DNA of 19,907 bases from a bacterium (GTDB taxonomy: Bacteria > Zhuqueibacterota > Zhuqueibacteria > Zhuqueibacterales > Zhuqueibacteraceae): the NCBI GenBank assembly GCA_044869275.1, contig JBIOXB010000022.1:1-19907 (forward strand). The letters are read 5' to 3'. How positions within the stretch are numbered: position 1 is the stretch's first letter; every line of letters begins with the position of its first letter. This document shows, one piece after another, positions 17,069 to 19,907 of the stretch. The notes under the pieces are model-generated. The model made no database searches, was not told the origin of the DNA, and saw only the letters and a program-made list of their open reading frames with translations. The translations under genes and the position numbers were made by a program.

Positions 17069-17302
17069 ATGATGACCCAATCCAAACTCATCACCAGTGA
17101 CAAGGAAATTTTGGGTGGGATTCCCGTCTTTACAGGTACAAGAGTTCCAGTTAAAACACTCATTGATTATATTAAACACGGCCACCCGCTGAATGTGTTT
17201 CTAGATGATTTCCCAACCGTCAAGCACGACCAAGCATTGGCTTTGTTAGAGTTGATAAAAGAGAAACTGCTGGATCAAACAATATATGAAAGTGTTGCTT
17301 GA
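17069..17302 (+). CDS. DUF433-domain antitoxin
   Basis: ITSDKEILGGIPVFTGTRVPV...FLDDFPTV signature; 77 aa; overlaps the downstream PIN-like start. Confidence 0.92.
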   Translation: MMTQSKLITSDKEILGGIPVFTGTRVPVKTLIDYIKHGHPLNVFLDDFPTVKHDQALALLELIKEKLLDQTIYESVA

Positions 17303-17608
17303 CGAGTGTTTGCCCAGAAGGCTAAAACGCGAACTACCAGGCCACGAGGTGACGACAGGCAAGAAATGGGATGGGCGAGCATCAGGAATGGGGCTTTGAT
17401 TGGCTTGATACAATCCGCCAATTTCGAAGTATTTGTGACGATCGATGGGAATTTGGAGTATCAACAAAACTTGCATGCGATAAACTTTGCCATTGCTGTA
17501 TTGAAGGCTCCAGATAATACTTTTGATACATTACGTCTGCTCATACCAGCATTGCTGAAAGCGCTGCAAACGATAAAAACAACCGAGATCGTTCACCTCA
17601 CCGCTTGA
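17286..17608 (+). pseudogene. DUF5615/PIN-like toxin, frameshifted
   Basis: ATG 17286 reads MKVLLDECLPRRLKRELPGHEVTT, then stops at 17397-17399. The other frame continues QEMGWASIRNG...FVTIDGNLEYQQNL. One base is missing at about 17358-17359; the restored protein is 107 aa. Confidence 0.85.
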
Positions 17609-17680
17609 ACCAGAGTGAGGTTCGGCAAGTCGTGAAAAAGACTGAGTTGTTGCGCCTAGACTTTGGTATGAACGTTTTCG

Positions 17681-19504
17681 CTATTTTCCCACCCCATCCG
17701 TAGCCGTCAACGTATTAAAATCCAACACCCGCCGCAGCTTACCGTAACGCAACTCCAGCTTCCGACCATTTTTGTCCGCGTGCATGAATGGGCCGTCAAA
17801 CAAAGGCCAGTTGTCATAATCCACAGCGACGCCGTTCACGCGCGGGGTTTCATCATAAGTAAATGCCATTTGCGCGCCGCGCAACGAAGTGAAGCGCACC
17901 CCGGGCTTGGGTTTGGTCGAGGTGGAAAGCGGCAGAGCTTTCACCGCTTTTTTGAATGCCTCGAAGGAAACATGCTCCGAAACCGGCGCAACTTGCACGA
18001 CCCCGCCATTTTTGAGTTGCTTGCTCAACAAACGCCAGTCGCCGTCTTCGTCTTTTTGCCATTCGTATTTGGCCAGAGGATAATAGGCAATAAACGCCTC
18101 GCCACCTTGCGCAAAAATCCATCCGGAGGGATCTTCTTCGCGGCGCGACAGATCTTTCGAGAAAAAGCCGCTGATGTGCGGAAAGCGCGTGCCCGGAGGA
18201 ATGTCGAAGAGCGTGATCAGCGCGTCTTCGTGCTGAAAGACTTGTTCGTAAGGTGAGCCGCCGGTCCATTTATCCCAGGAATCATAGGTGGTTTTCGAAC
18301 GCACGACGAGTTCGGTGATCGGCCCGAGATGCTCGGCGAAATACATGCCCAGCTCAGCGGGGGAGGAGTAGGGATGAATCGTGAAAAAAGTATTATGCTT
18401 GTCTCGCGCATCGTCAACTGCCCAGGTGAGATCCCACGTGTGTTGCTGAATCGGTTGCAACAACCCGCCCTGGCTGGAGCCCAGCGCATATTCTTTGCGC
18501 ATGTATGAGTATTTGTAAACCGGTGCGTTTTTCATTTCGCTGAATCGAATGCGATTCCGCGTGCGTTTGCGTTCTCTGTGAACGTAAGGTGTCGCGCGAT
18601 TGGTGCCGATATGATGAATGATCTCAGAGGGCTGGTATCCGCTCAGCGCGAGAATGGCGGCCTCGCCGGTGGGATAGAAAGAGGTGTTTCCCCATAGCAA
18701 CCATGCGAATGCCGTCGAACCCACACGCCATTGCTCTTTCACTTGCTTGGGATACGTACGGCTGTGCGCACCGGTGTAAAGTCCATTGAGATTGTCCACG
18801 GCAAAATCCGCAATGATCCATTCCAGCATCATGGCGGCGCGTTGCTTCATCTCTGGTGCTTCGGCCCAGGCGTAAAGCTGGGCCATGGGTACGATGAATA
18901 CGCCGAGATAGTCCGGCGAGTCGTATTCGCCCTGGCCGATGGTGGTTGCAATGTCCATCCAATGGATCAAATATTCGCGCGCCTCCTCGAATGTCTCTTG
19001 CGAGCTGCGGCCGTTGTACCAGCGCTCGCCCGGTTCGTTGGGATACATTTGCGTGATGAGATAAAGCGCGGTGTAATACATAGCCCAATGGTTTTCAGTG
19101 TCGCCGCGATAGGGATGATACGTGCGCCACATCTCGCGCATGCGTTGTTGATATTCTGCCGGGAGATTTTGCCGGCCTGCATAGGTAACGGTGATGAAGG
19201 GGTACATCCAAAACATATCGCCGGAGGGCTTTTGCATGAGCGTATCGAGGCGCGCCAGCACCCAGGGCATGTCCTCGTTGCGATGTAGGCGCGCAGCGAT
19301 TTCAATGTAACCGCCACGGGTGAGATCACTTGCGGGCGTGGCCTGGGCATAGTAGCGCAGCAACGAATCCACGCGGGCTTGATAAGCTTGCAACTGTTCC
19401 GCGCGGTTGAGCTGCTGCTGGCTGAAGGCAATCGTTGGAGTTGCCATGGCAAAAAGGATGGCGATGAAGTAGAGTACCGCGTTGGAGGCAAGATTTGAAT
19501 TCAT
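17681..19504 (-). CDS. Secreted hypothetical protein, possibly heparinase II/III-like (helical toroid plus beta domain)
   Basis: 607 aa; Sec-type signal peptide ending near AFS|QQQ; helical, aromatic-rich N-terminal half with TENH and GEYDSPDY; beta-rich C-terminal half. The fold call is inference. Confidence 0.7.
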   Translation of the reverse strand: MNSNLASNAVLYFIAILFAMATPTIAFSQQQLNRAEQLQAYQARVDSLLRYYAQATPASDLTRGGYIEIAARLHRNEDMPWVLARLDTLMQKPSGDMFWMYPFITVTYAGRQNLPAEYQQRMREMWRTYHPYRGDTENHWAMYYTALYLITQMYPNEPGERWYNGRSSQETFEEAREYLIHWMDIATTIGQGEYDSPDYLGVFIVPMAQLYAWAEAPEMKQRAAMMLEWIIADFAVDNLNGLYTGAHSRTYPKQVKEQWRVGSTAFAWLLWGNTSFYPTGEAAILALSGYQPSEIIHHIGTNRATPYVHRERKRTRNRIRFSEMKNAPVYKYSYMRKEYALGSSQGGLLQPIQQHTWDLTWAVDDARDKHNTFFTIHPYSSPAELGMYFAEHLGPITELVVRSKTTYDSWDKWTGGSPYEQVFQHEDALITLFDIPPGTRFPHISGFFSKDLSRREEDPSGWIFAQGGEAFIAYYPLAKYEWQKDEDGDWRLLSKQLKNGGVVQVAPVSEHVSFEAFKKAVKALPLSTSTKPKPGVRFTSLRGAQMAFTYDETPRVNGVAVDYDNWPLFDGPFMHADKNGRKLELRYGKLRRVLDFNTLTATDGVGK

Positions 19505-19549
19505 TGTTATCGAGGTCTAGGAAAAATCCCGGTAGAGTATTTTTTGATC

Positions 19550-19762
19550 CTGTCATTCAGCAGGAATCAGACTGTGTGAAAACATGAGAATGCCGCACCC
19601 TGAGCTTGTCGAAGGGTGCTAAGTTCAAGAATCCGGCTTCGACAAGCTCAGCCGGCGTTGAAACCAAGCGTTTTCACACAGTTTGATCTTCCCAAATGCA
19701 ACGATAGCGCCTCATTTTGGGAATTGTGCTCAATGCTTGGGAAGATTCTTTCAGAATGACAG
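19550..19762. repeat. REP-like palindromic host element interrupted by MITE copy 2
   Basis: CTGTCATTC-N5-GAATC[MITE]..TTCCCAA ... TTGGGAAGATTC-N5-GAATGACAG arms. Confidence 0.8.
19569..19684. mobile_element. MITE-like non-autonomous element, copy 2 (116 bp)
   Basis: TIRs AGACTGTGTGAAAA / TTTTCACACAGTTT; flanks GAATC (19564-19568) and GATC (19685-19688); same internal sequence as copy 1. Confidence 0.8.
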
Positions 19763-19800
19763 TGGTGGCGACTTACCTACCTTGACTATGTCACATTAGT

Positions 19801-19907
19801 TTAAGACGAATTCGCGTTTTTCAAATGCGCTTGCCTGGCGTCGAAACGTTGTTGATGCTTTCGTCGGATGATTTCGATCAAATCCTTTTCGGTGATTTCA
19901 CGCTTGG
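19801..19907 (-). CDS. 3' end of an unknown gene running off the window
   Basis: Open frame KREITEKDLIEIIRRKHQQRFDARQAHLKNANSS* ending at TAA 19801-19803; helical, protein-like composition. Confidence 0.45.
   Translation of the reverse strand, partial: KREITEKDLIEIIRRKHQQRFDARQAHLKNANSS

Noticed and set aside
17609..17667. Imperfect IR ACCAGAGT...ACTTTGGT after the toxin gene
   Set aside because: Short and mismatched; cannot distinguish a terminator or IS-end remnant from chance.

Overview
Bacterial genomic window dominated by a mostly minus-strand cluster of catabolic or tailoring enzymes. From right to left these are a secreted lyase-like hypothetical protein, a Tat-exported class V PLP enzyme, a TIM-barrel sugar isomerase, a GH38 alpha-mannosidase, a class III aminotransferase, a two-domain amidohydrolase, a creatininase-like protein, an aldo/keto reductase and a PhyH-family dioxygenase. 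An AraC regulator is divergent from a single-barrel MetE-like gene and a GH15-like hydrolase, and a C-N hydrolase lies at the left end. An AT-rich DUF433/PIN-like toxin-antitoxin pair with a frameshifted toxin interrupts the cluster. Most intergenic gaps hold a palindromic repeat, several built from 7-, 8- or 9-nt periodic units. Two copies of a ~116-bp MITE sit at the same GATTC site of the same REP-like host element, in opposite orientations relative to that host. No rRNA, tRNA, CRISPR array, transposase or transporter was seen. All family calls come from motif recognition by eye, with no database searches.
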